A stretch of 64,000 nt of DNA from an uncultured Actinomycetes bacterium (lineage in GTDB: Bacteria; Actinomycetota; Thermoleophilia; Gaiellales; Gaiellaceae): positions 364,450 to 428,449 of the forward strand of contig CAVVAB010000012.1 of NCBI GenBank assembly GCA_963746155.1, read 5' to 3'. This document shows positions 56,238 through 64,000 of the stretch, piece after piece (position 1 is the stretch's first letter; each line of letters opens with the position of its first letter). The notes under the pieces are model-generated. The model worked only from the letters and a program-made list of their open reading frames with translations, searched no databases and was not told the DNA's origin. The position numbers were made by a program, and so were the translations under genes.

Positions 56238-57206
56238 CCTCGCGCCAGGTGCAGGCCTTCGGGTCCTTGTCCGCGCGGAAGCGGATGAACTTCGTCCCGT
56301 GCCGGAAACGGTTGCGCTCGAGCTTGTCGTAGCGCACTTCGCAGACGAGCTTCGGGCGCACGGGGTTCCAGTCGAGCTCCTTGCCGCGCGACCAGCGGCT
56401 CTGGCCGCCGGGAATCCGCTTGTCGCTGACCATGCTCTTCTGGCGCAGCTTCGGGAGCTTCTCTTCGAGCTCGCGCCGGACCGCAGCCGGGAACCCGGAG
56501 CAGTGACCCACGAAGTCGAGCTCGCCCTCGTCGTCGTAGAGGCCGAGCAGGAGCGTCGAGATCCGGCCCTCGGCCTTCTCGCTCCAGCGGAAGCCGACGA
56601 TCACGCAGTCGGCCGTCCGGTACGGCTTGACCTTGCCACGCCGTCGCGCGAGCCGGGGAGGTAGGGGAGCCCGAGGCGCTTCGCGATCACGCCGTCGAGG
56701 CCGGCCTTGTCCACGCGCGGTAGCCACTTCTCGGCCTGCTTGCGGTCGCGCGTGGCCGGCGAGAGCTGGAACCGCTTCGCCTTGCGCTCGAGCTCGCGCC
56801 TGCGCTTCTCGAGCGGCAGCTCGTGGATCGGCGAGCCCTTCCAGAGGAGCAGGTCGAACGCGATGTACTCGGCCGGGATCTCCGCCGAGAGCTTCCGGAT
56901 CCTGCTCTCCGCCGGATGGAGCCTGAGCTGGAGCGCGTCGAAGTCGAGGCGCCCCTTCTGGACGATCACGATCTCGCCGTCGAGCGCCGAGTCGGGGGGC
57001 AGGAGCGCGCCCGTCTCCTCGAGCTCCGGGAAGTAGCGCAGGAGCGGCCGCCCGTTGCGGCTCCAGAGCCGCAGCCCGCCGCCGAGGTTCTCGAGCACGC
57101 CGCGGAACCCATCCCACTTGGGCTCGTACTGCCAGCCGTCGCCGCTGGGCAGCTCGTCGACGAGCTCGGCCTCCATCGGCGGGAAGGGAAGCTTCTTCGG
57201 CGGCAT
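56179..57206 (-). pseudogene. ATP-dependent DNA ligase (LigD ligase-domain / LigC type), frame break near 56640
   Basis: Adenylation motif [11 protein letters not shown]. ..DGEIV..FDLL..GVIAKRLGLPYLPGSRD (ORF 56601-57206) continues as KVKPYRTADCVIVGF..LVCEVRYD.. in ORF 56179. This junction needs a net -1 or +2, unlike the others. Confidence 0.85.
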
Positions 57207-57320
57207 CCGGCGGGAACGCTACTCGCCCCGCCATGCGGCGCGCTTGACCGTGATCTGCCGCGGGTGTAATAACGAAGGTTCGCGGAGAGGAGAGGTCTGG
57301 GGAGTCTGGTTCGCTTCTCG

Positions 57321-58713
57321 TTGGTCGTCTTGGGGGCCGGTGCGCTGGTGTGCTCGGCGGTTTCCGCGGCTTCTCCACGCGAGTCCGGAGTCCGAACGTG
57401 GCGTGCGAGCACCGAGGGCCACCGCAATCTCCGCCGGCGGCTATCACACCTGTGCGCTTACGAGAACCGGCGGGGTCAAGTGTTGGGGAGACAACGAAGA
57501 CGGTCAGCTCGGCGACGGTACGAACAGCGATCGCCACGTGCCGGTCTCCGTTCTCGGGCTGGCAGCGGCACGTCGTCGCGGTCAGTGCCGCGACGCTGCA
57601 CACGTGCGCCCTCACCAGGGCAGGAGGGGTCATGTGTTGGGGCAGGAACAGCGTCGGCCAGCTCGGCGACGGCACGGCGACGTTCCCGTACAAGCCTGTT
57701 CACGTCTCGGGACTCGCGCGCGGCGTGGCAGCGATCTCAGCCGGAGGCTCCCACACATGCGCGCTCAGCTGAGCGCGGCGGCGTGAAGTGCTGGGGTCGA
57801 CAACAGCTTCGGGCAGCTTGGGGACGGAACCACGACCGACCGGACCACGCCGGTCGACGTAGCCGGGCTTCCCGCAGGCGTCAAGGCCATTGCGGCGGCG
57901 AGTCGGCCGCACGTGCGCCCTCACAAGCGTTGGCGGAGTCAAGTGCTGGGGCGGACAACCAGTACGGTCAGCTCGGCGATGGCACGACGGAGCGAGCGAC
58001 ATGCGCCCGTCGATGTTGCCGGCCTTACTCACGGCGTGAAGGCGATCGAGGTTGGCGACGGCCATACGTGCGCGCTCACGAACGCAGGCGGGGTCAAGTG
58101 CTGGGGCTACAACCCCGACGGCCAGCTTGGGGACGGAACGAAGGCAGACCGGCACGCGCCGGTCGATGTCCTCGGCTTGACGGCAGGCGTCTCCGCGGTC
58201 GTAGCCGGTGGCGGCCACACGTGTGCGCGGACGAACGCGGGCGGCGTCCTGTGCTGGGGCCGCGGCGATGCAGGCCAGCTCGGTAACGGAAGACACAGGT
58301 GTCGGGCAGCCTGCCGAAGCTCTCGTCCCGTTCGCGTCTCCGGACTCGCCCGAGGCGTCGCAGCGATCGCAGTCGGAGGCCTCCACAGTTGCGCCCTTGC
58401 AAAAGCGGGCTCGATCAGGTGCTGGGGCTACAACCTCTGGGGAGAGCTCGGCGACGGAAAGGTCACTACCCGGTACACGCCAGTCGCCGTCGTCGGGTTC
58501 GGTGCGGTGATGTGCGTCGTGCCGAACGTGCTCGAAAGGCCACTTGCGCTGGCGAAAGCACAGATTGGAAGCGCCCACTGCCGGGTCGGCAAGGTCACTC
58601 AGGCCCGGTCGTCCGAGCGGAAGAACACCGTCGTCGGTCAGAGCCCGCGCGCGGGCAAGCATCTGAGGAGGGGGGCCAAGGTCAACCTCAAGGTCAGCCG
58701 CGGCCCCTCCTGA
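57321..58713 (+). pseudogene. secreted RCC1-repeat (beta-propeller) protein with a C-terminal PASTA-like module. At least 7 frame disruptions lie between 57390 and 57990.
   Basis: Signal-like [19 protein letters not shown]. The repeated unit ..HTCAL..GGVKCWG.N..GQLGDGT.. is found in all three frames in turn: [35 protein letters not shown]; [26 protein letters not shown]; GGVKCWG|DNSFGQLGDGTTTDR; TCALTSVGGVKCWG|DNQYGQLGDGTTER. It is intact from about 57990 to the stop. Confidence 0.7.
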
Positions 58714-58721
58714 GCAGTTAG

Positions 58722-59306
58722 TCACTCCGCCGCGCGCTCGTTCCACAACCGGATGACGGACGTTTCCCGCTCGTAGCCGAGGATGCTGATGGTCGCCGGG
58801 TCGAGTGCGAACAGCTGTCCGGCGCTCGGTTCCAGGCCCAGCCACCGAGCCGTCAGGACCCGGAGCAGATGCCCGTGTGCGAAGAGGATGACGTCGCCGT
58901 CGATGGACCGAGCCTCGGCGATCACGCGATCGGCTCGTTCGCCGACCTGGGCTGCCGTCTCGCCGTCGGGAGCACCGTCGCGCCAGAGGCTCCAACCCGG
59001 TCGCTCGGTGCGGATCTCGGCGGTCGTACGGCCTTCGTAGGCGCCGTAGTCCCACTCCCGGAGGTCTTCCCGTTCCTGGGCAGTGTCGCCGAAGCCAGCG
59101 AGGCGGCAGGTCTCGACCGCTCGGGCCAGGGGACTGGTTAGCGCGAGCGCGAATCGGCGCCGTTTCAGCGCGTCTCCAACGGCTCGCGCCTGCTGTTGTC
59201 CGCGTTCGGTGAGAGGGACGTTGGTGCTCCCGGTGTGCTTGCCGGCTCGCGACCACTCCGTCTCGCCGTGGCGGACGAGCACGACCTTGTGAGCGCCTGT
59301 CGTCAT
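58722..59306 (-). CDS. histidine phosphatase (phosphoglycerate mutase-like) family protein
   Basis: VVLVRHGETEWS (RHG motif)..FAHGH. Confidence 0.85.
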   Translation of the reverse strand: MTTGAHKVVLVRHGETEWSRAGKHTGSTNVPLTERGQQQARAVGDALKRRRFALALTSPLARAVETCRLAGFGDTAQEREDLREWDYGAYEGRTTAEIRTERPGWSLWRDGAPDGETAAQVGERADRVIAEARSIDGDVILFAHGHLLRVLTARWLGLEPSAGQLFALDPATISILGYERETSVIRLWNERAAE

Positions 59307-59361
59307 CGCGGGAGCGATCGTAAGGAGCCAGCGACGCCTCCCGCGGCTCTAAGCTCTCGCC

Positions 59362-60594
59362 ATGCGCCGCGTCGCTGTCACCGGGCTGGGAGCGATTTCG
59401 CCGATCGGGAACACCGCCCCTGAGACCTGGCGTGCTGCTGTCGCCGGCGAGAGCGGGATCGACTGGATCCGCTCCTTCGACGCCGACGGGTTCCCGGTCC
59501 GCGTCGCAGCCGAGGTCAAGGACTTCGACCCCGAGGGGCTCGCCCCGCCGAAGGAGCTGCGACGGCTGGACAGGAACGTCCAGCTCGCTCTCGGCGCGGC
59601 CAAGGAGGCGGTCGCCGACGCTGGCCTGAACGGTTACGACCCGATGCGAGTCGGGATCGTCTTCGGCTCTGCGATCGGCGGGCTGATCGGGATCGTCGAG
59701 CAGGCCGACGTGCTCCGCGAGCGCGGCGCCGACCGCGTCTCGCCCTACTTCATCCCCAGCGTCCTCGTCGACTCGGCGAGCGGTCAGCTCGCGATCTCGC
59801 TCGGGATCCGCGGCCCGAACTACGCGCCGGTCTCCGCCTGCGCGACTGGCTCGCATGCGGTGGGGGAGGGCGCCGAGACAATCCGTCGCGGGGACGCCGA
59901 CGCGATCCTTGCCGGCGGCACCGAGGCCGCGATACACCCGCTGATCCTGGCCGGCTTCTGCAACATGCGCGGCCTGGCCGTCGAGGAAGAGGACCCGCCG
60001 CGGGCCTCACGACCCTTCGACGCCACCCGAGCGGGCTTCGTCATGGGCGAGGGCGCGTGCGTGCTCGTGCTGGAGGAGCTCGAGTTGGCCCGAGCGCGCG
60101 GCGCGACGATCTACGCCGAGGTGCTCGGCTACGGCGCCTCCAACGACGCGTACCACATGGCAGCGCCCGAGCCGGAGGCCGTCGGGGTCGCCGACATGAT
60201 GCGGGCCGCGCTCAAGCGGGCGAACGTCGACCCGGTGCGGGTCGGCTACATCAACGCGCACGGAACGTCGACGCCGCTCGGCGACGCGGCCGAGACGAAG
60301 GCGATCAAGGACGTCTTCGGCGAGCACGCCTACAAGCTCGCTGTCTCATCGACGAAGTCGGTGATGGGCCACTGCTTCGGTGCCGCGGGCGCGATCGAGG
60401 CGATGATGTGCGTGCGCGCCGTCCACGAGGGCGTGCTCCCACCGACGATCAACTACCGCAACCCCGATCCGGTGTGCGACCTCGACTACGTCCCGAACGA
60501 GGCGCGCGAGACTCAGGTCGACGTGGCGCTCTCGAACGCGATGGGCCTCGGCGGTCACAACGCCTGCGTCCTGATCGGTCGGTATACGGAGTAA
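59362..60594 (+). CDS. fabF: beta-ketoacyl-ACP synthase II
   Basis: MRRVAVTGLGAISPIGN..SACATGSHA (active Cys)..NAHGTSTPLGD..KSVMGHCFGAAG..NAMGLGGHN. Confidence 0.95.
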   Translation: MRRVAVTGLGAISPIGNTAPETWRAAVAGESGIDWIRSFDADGFPVRVAAEVKDFDPEGLAPPKELRRLDRNVQLALGAAKEAVADAGLNGYDPMRVGIVFGSAIGGLIGIVEQADVLRERGADRVSPYFIPSVLVDSASGQLAISLGIRGPNYAPVSACATGSHAVGEGAETIRRGDADAILAGGTEAAIHPLILAGFCNMRGLAVEEEDPPRASRPFDATRAGFVMGEGACVLVLEELELARARGATIYAEVLGYGASNDAYHMAAPEPEAVGVADMMRAALKRANVDPVRVGYINAHGTSTPLGDAAETKAIKDVFGEHAYKLAVSSTKSVMGHCFGAAGAIEAMMCVRAVHEGVLPPTINYRNPDPVCDLDYVPNEARETQVDVALSNAMGLGGHNACVLIGRYTE

Positions 60595-60675
60595 GCCGAT
60601 TCTGGCCTTGTAGCCCGCAAATCGCGGTGTTACGGTCAAACCAGGGAGGTCGCTACGAAGGACGGGGGAGGGTCA

Positions 60676-63117
60676 TTGCGGGTAGCCGGCCGCATCCTGC
60701 GATTTCTGTCGAAGAGGCGCGGCGCGACGGTCGTTCTAAGCGCGCTCGCACTTGCGGGCCTGGTCGAGGCCGGCGTCGTCCTCGCGGGCGGCTCCTCGAC
60801 CCGCACGGGCCAGCCCGTGGCGCTCGCACCCGTCGAGCGGGCCACCGGCACGGCCGCCTCGCAGCCGGGGGTGATCGTCGGGCACTCGTATCGGAGCGAC
60901 GTCTCGCCGGCTCTGCGCCGGATCGAGCCGGCGCCGCTGCGGCTCGCGGGCGAGATGGAAGCGAGCCCGAACCCGCGGCCTGAGTCGGATCACGTCGACA
61001 AACCGGACACCGCCGTGCAGCGCGCGGCTTTCCCGAGCGCGATGCCGCCCGCCAGCCTCGACTTCGACGGCATCGCGTTCCCGGGCTTCAACTGCAACTG
61101 CTGGCCGCCCGACCCCAACGGCGAGGTGGGCGCGACCCAGTACGTCCAGCTCGTCAACACCGGGCTCCAGGTCTTCGACAAGGCGACCGGCGCGTCGGTG
61201 CTCGGGCCGGAGGGAATCGCGACGCTCTGGACGGGATTCGGCGGCGTCTGCGAGACGAGCGGCGCGGGCGACCCGGTCGTCCTCTACGACCAGCTCGCCA
61301 ACCGCTGGGTGATCACCCAGTTCGCCGGGACGAGCGTGCCCACGGACGAGTGCATCGCGGTGTCGACGAGCAGTGACGCGACGGGGACGTTCACCCGCTA
61401 CGCCTTCCACCTCGGCAACCACTTCTTCGACTACCCGCACCTCGGGATGTGGCCGGACGCCTACTACATGAGCATGAACGTCTACGACTCGGCCGGGCAG
61501 ACGTTCCTCGGCCCGCAGCCGTTCGCCTTCGACCGGGCCGCGCTGCTGGCCGGCAGCCCGAGCGTGACGTTCGTGACGACGACGGATCCAGCCGTGCTGA
61601 ACGGCGACAACGATCCGTTCCTGCCCGGCGATCTCGACGGCTCGAACCCGCCGCCCGCGGGAGCGCCGAACCCATTCCTGATGGTGGGCGGCAACTCGAC
61701 GTGGCCGTTGTGGCGCTTCCACGTCGACTTCACCAACCCAAACAACTCGACGTTCACGAAGGCCGCGGACCTGGTGCCCGCCTCGTACACGGAGCTCTGT
61801 CCAGACTCGCGGGGCTGCGTCCCGCAGCTCGACACGACCACGCAACTGGACGCGATCGGCGACCGGGCCATGTTCCGCTCCGCATACCGGCATTTCGCCG
61901 ACGGGCACGAGGCGCTTGTGGGCAACATGACCGTCGGCTCGGGCGGGGGTGTCGCGGGCATCCGGTGGTTCGAGATCGACCACGCGACTTCGGGCACGCC
62001 TGCGTTCGCGCAGCAGAGCACCTACGCGCCCGATACGACCTCGCGCTGGATGGGTAGCGCAGCGACAGACCGCGACGGCGACCTGGCGCTCGGCTTCAGC
62101 GCCTCGTCCGCGGTGATCAATCCGGAGATCCGCTACGCGGGGCGGCTCGCAGGCGATCCGGCCGACACGCTCGCCCAGGGAGAGACGACCCTCTTCGCCG
62201 GCACCGGAAGCCAGCGCGTCGTCCAGCGCTGGGGGGACTACAGCGACCTGACCGTCGACCCCGTCGACGACTGCACGTTCTGGTACACGCAGGAGTACTA
62301 CGCGGCGCCACCGCCGCCCACGCCTACCGTCGACTATCACTGGCGCACGCGGATCGGCAGCTTCTCGTTCCCCTCGTGCGGCAAGAAGCCGGCGCTCTCG
62401 ATCGACAAGCGCGCCGATGCCGACAGCGTCATCGCCGGCTCGCAGATCGGCTTCATCGTCACGCTGACAAACGGCGGGGGCGCCTCGGCGGACGGCATCT
62501 CGTTCGCGGATCCGCTTCCGGCGGGCGCCGACTTCGACTGGTCGGTCGACGCGGCCGGCTCCGACTCCGGCTGGTCGATCAGCGGCTCGGCGCCGAGCCA
62601 GAGCCTCGTCTACAGCCCCGCCTCGGTGAGCGCGGGCACGAGCACGCACGTGCACCTGACGAGCGGCACGACCGAGGCCGACTGCGGCTCGACGTACGGG
62701 AACACGGCCTCCTACACGACCACGAACGCCGGCCCCGGGCAGGCGTCCGCCTCGGTGACGGTCAATTGCTCGGCGCCGCCACCTCCTCCTCCACCACCAC
62801 CACCACCACCACCGCCACCGCCTCCGCCTCCGCCTCCGCCACCGCCGCCACCTCCGCCACCGCCACCTCCGCCGCCTCCGCCACCGATCCTGCCGCCGAG
62901 GTGCGTCGTGCCGAACGTCATCGGAAAGCCGCTCGCGAAGGCGAGGGCGAAGATCGTCAAGGCCCATTGCCGCGTCGGAGCGATCACCTCCACGACCTCG
63001 ACGAAGACGCAGAAGGGCATGGTTGTCGCGCAGCGTCCGAAGCCGCGCACGAGCCTCGTGAACGGCGCCAGGATCAGGCTCACGCTCGGAAAGGGCCCGA
63101 AGGCCCGAAAGCGCTAG
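60676..63117 (+). CDS. large secreted protein: unrecognised N-terminal domain of about 460 aa, DUF11-like repeat domain, 37-Pro linker, C-terminal PASTA-like module
   Basis: Signal/TM VVLSALALAGLVEAGVVLAG. DUF11-like IGFIVTLTNGGGASADGISFADPLP..NTASYTT. (CCN)37. Then CVVPNVIGKPLAKARAKIVKAHCRVGAI..GARIRLTLGKGP. 813 aa without any frame break. Confidence 0.75.
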   Translation: MRVAGRILRFLSKRRGATVVLSALALAGLVEAGVVLAGGSSTRTGQPVALAPVERATGTAASQPGVIVGHSYRSDVSPALRRIEPAPLRLAGEMEASPNPRPESDHVDKPDTAVQRAAFPSAMPPASLDFDGIAFPGFNCNCWPPDPNGEVGATQYVQLVNTGLQVFDKATGASVLGPEGIATLWTGFGGVCETSGAGDPVVLYDQLANRWVITQFAGTSVPTDECIAVSTSSDATGTFTRYAFHLGNHFFDYPHLGMWPDAYYMSMNVYDSAGQTFLGPQPFAFDRAALLAGSPSVTFVTTTDPAVLNGDNDPFLPGDLDGSNPPPAGAPNPFLMVGGNSTWPLWRFHVDFTNPNNSTFTKAADLVPASYTELCPDSRGCVPQLDTTTQLDAIGDRAMFRSAYRHFADGHEALVGNMTVGSGGGVAGIRWFEIDHATSGTPAFAQQSTYAPDTTSRWMGSAATDRDGDLALGFSASSAVINPEIRYAGRLAGDPADTLAQGETTLFAGTGSQRVVQRWGDYSDLTVDPVDDCTFWYTQEYYAAPPPPTPTVDYHWRTRIGSFSFPSCGKKPALSIDKRADADSVIAGSQIGFIVTLTNGGGASADGISFADPLPAGADFDWSVDAAGSDSGWSISGSAPSQSLVYSPASVSAGTSTHVHLTSGTTEADCGSTYGNTASYTTTNAGPGQASASVTVNCSAPPPPPPPPPPPPPPPPPPPPPPPPPPPPPPPPPPPPPILPPRCVVPNVIGKPLAKARAKIVKAHCRVGAITSTTSTKTQKGMVVAQRPKPRTSLVNGARIRLTLGKGPKARKR
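62776..62886 (+). repeat. (CCN)37 low-complexity tract encoding 37 consecutive prolines
   Basis: Counted codon by codon in the frame of ORF 60676-63117. Codons are CCA, CCG and CCT only, including a run of seven CCA. Confidence 0.95.
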
Positions 63118-63764
63118 CCGGGGTCGACGGCGCCGACGGTGAGGTCGGCGAGCGAGTCGAGCACGGCGTCAGCCTCGGCGAGGGCGTCCGCGTCAGGTGG
63201 GAAGTGCCGGTTCGGGATCGCGAGCACGCGCATCCCGGCGGCCCTGGCCGAGCGGATGCCGTTGTGCGAGTCCTCCACCGCGGCGGCCCGGCCGGGCTCG
63301 ATGCCGAGGCGACGCGCCGCTTCGAGGTAGACGTCGGGCGCTGGCTTCCCGCGGGCGACCTCCTCCGAAGAGACCGTCGCCTCGAAGAGCGGCGCTACTC
63401 CGAGCAGCTCCAGCGAGAGGTCGATCAGCTCCCGGTTCGACGAGGACGCAAGCGCGAGGGGCCAGCGTGCGGCAAGCCGCTCGACGGCCTCGCGTGCACC
63501 AGGAAGCGCTGGGAGTCGCTCCCGGTACAGCTCCTCCAGCCGGCGCACGACCTCGGCGGAGATCTCCTGCGGGGGCTCGCTCAGGCCCACCACCTCGTGC
63601 ATGTAGCGCGACCATTCCGGCGAGCTCATGCCCATCATGTCCCGCTGCGCCTGGTCGTGCCAGCGGCCGCCGCGTTCCCGCGCGAGCTCTTCGCGCACGC
63701 CGTCCCAGACCTGCTCCGAGTCGAGCAGCACGCCGTCGAGATCGAAGACGACGCCGTCGATCAC
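63114..63764 (-). CDS. HAD-superfamily hydrolase (beta-phosphoglucomutase-like subfamily IA)
   Basis: (V)IDGVVFDLDGVLLDS (motif I DxDG)..ASSS..GKPAPD..VEDSHNG. Confidence 0.9.
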   Translation of the reverse strand: MIDGVVFDLDGVLLDSEQVWDGVREELARERGGRWHDQAQRDMMGMSSPEWSRYMHEVVGLSEPPQEISAEVVRRLEELYRERLPALPGAREAVERLAARWPLALASSSNRELIDLSLELLGVAPLFEATVSSEEVARGKPAPDVYLEAARRLGIEPGRAAAVEDSHNGIRSARAAGMRVLAIPNRHFPPDADALAEADAVLDSLADLTVGAVDPG

Positions 63765-64000
63765 AGGGACGCGTAGCCCTGGCGGTGGAAGACGAGCGGG
63801 CGCTCGGCCGGGCCGGGCTCGGCGCTCTCGACGGCGCCCACGAAGAAGGAGTGGTCGCCCGTCTCGTGGACGTCGGTCGTCCGGCAGCGGAGCCAGCCCG
63901 CGGCGCCTTCTAGCTGGGGCGGGCCTTCGACGTCGCGCAGCGAGATGTTCTCCCAGAGCGCGATCGGAGGGACGCCCCGCGCGAAGTGCTGAGCGAGCCC
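63761..64000 (-). CDS. flavin reductase-like (FMN-binding split-barrel) protein; C-terminal part only, the gene continues beyond the window
   Basis: ..GLAQHFARGVPPIALWENISLRDVEGPPQLEGAAGWLRCRTTDVHETGDHSFFVGAVESAEPGPAERPLVFHRQGYASL-stop. The TGA overlaps the HAD GTG. Confidence 0.55.
   Translation of the reverse strand, partial: GLAQHFARGVPPIALWENISLRDVEGPPQLEGAAGWLRCRTTDVHETGDHSFFVGAVESAEPGPAERPLVFHRQGYASL

Noticed and set aside
57700-59937. Long antisense or off-frame ORFs (745 aa here; also 60736-62967, 38839-40824, 17416-18999, 30827-32776 upstream part, 33456-35096, 35663-37339, 51005-52621)
   Set aside because: All lie opposite, or out of frame with, genes that have clear family signatures. 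Their translations are low-complexity R/A/G/P strings with no motifs. This is a high-GC artefact.

Overview
High-GC (about 70%, hand-counted on sample lines) actinobacterium-like chromosomal segment. It is densely coding on both strands, and many adjacent genes are coupled by 4-nt start/stop overlaps. Core metabolism and maintenance dominate: sulfate import (sbp-cysT-cysW-cysA), acyl-CoA carboxylase subunits, succinyl-CoA ligase, malate and isocitrate dehydrogenases, citrate synthase, PEP carboxykinase, asd-ask, SRP RNA followed by dnaX-ybaB-recR, fabF, pgsA and mprF. A non-classical succinate dehydrogenase is present (SdhA, SdhB and a CCG-domain subunit, with no heme anchor gene). Other content: a split NHEJ pair (LigD-type polymerase plus ATP ligase), two c-di-GMP enzymes, a stand-alone MshEN-type receptor domain, and two Xer-type tyrosine recombinases bracketing an arsR-SRPBCC pair. 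There are four tRNAs (Val plus three Ser isoacceptors). Several secreted proteins have modules joined by extreme polyproline linkers (39, 37, 16 and 12 consecutive Pro). I recognised no CRISPR array, transposase, prophage, toxin-antitoxin pair or known defence island, and I cannot point to one clear-cut novel system. The most unusual features are: (1) the polyproline-tethered surface proteins with shared DUF11-like and PASTA-like modules; (2) accessory genes wedged into core operons (sucC-X-sucD, sdhA-X-sdhB, ybaB-X-recR, gltA-X); (3) the xer-arsR-SRPBCC-xer cluster with an AT-rich palindrome and a 17-bp tandem duplication; (4) a 356-bp low-GC non-coding island. Caveat: about 20 genes, including essential ones, are interrupted by single-base frame shifts. 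Nearly all behave like one extra base, usually a duplicate of its neighbour. I read these as probable assembly indels, so every 'pseudogene' label here is provisional. All calls rest on reading the translations and the DNA by eye; no database search was run.
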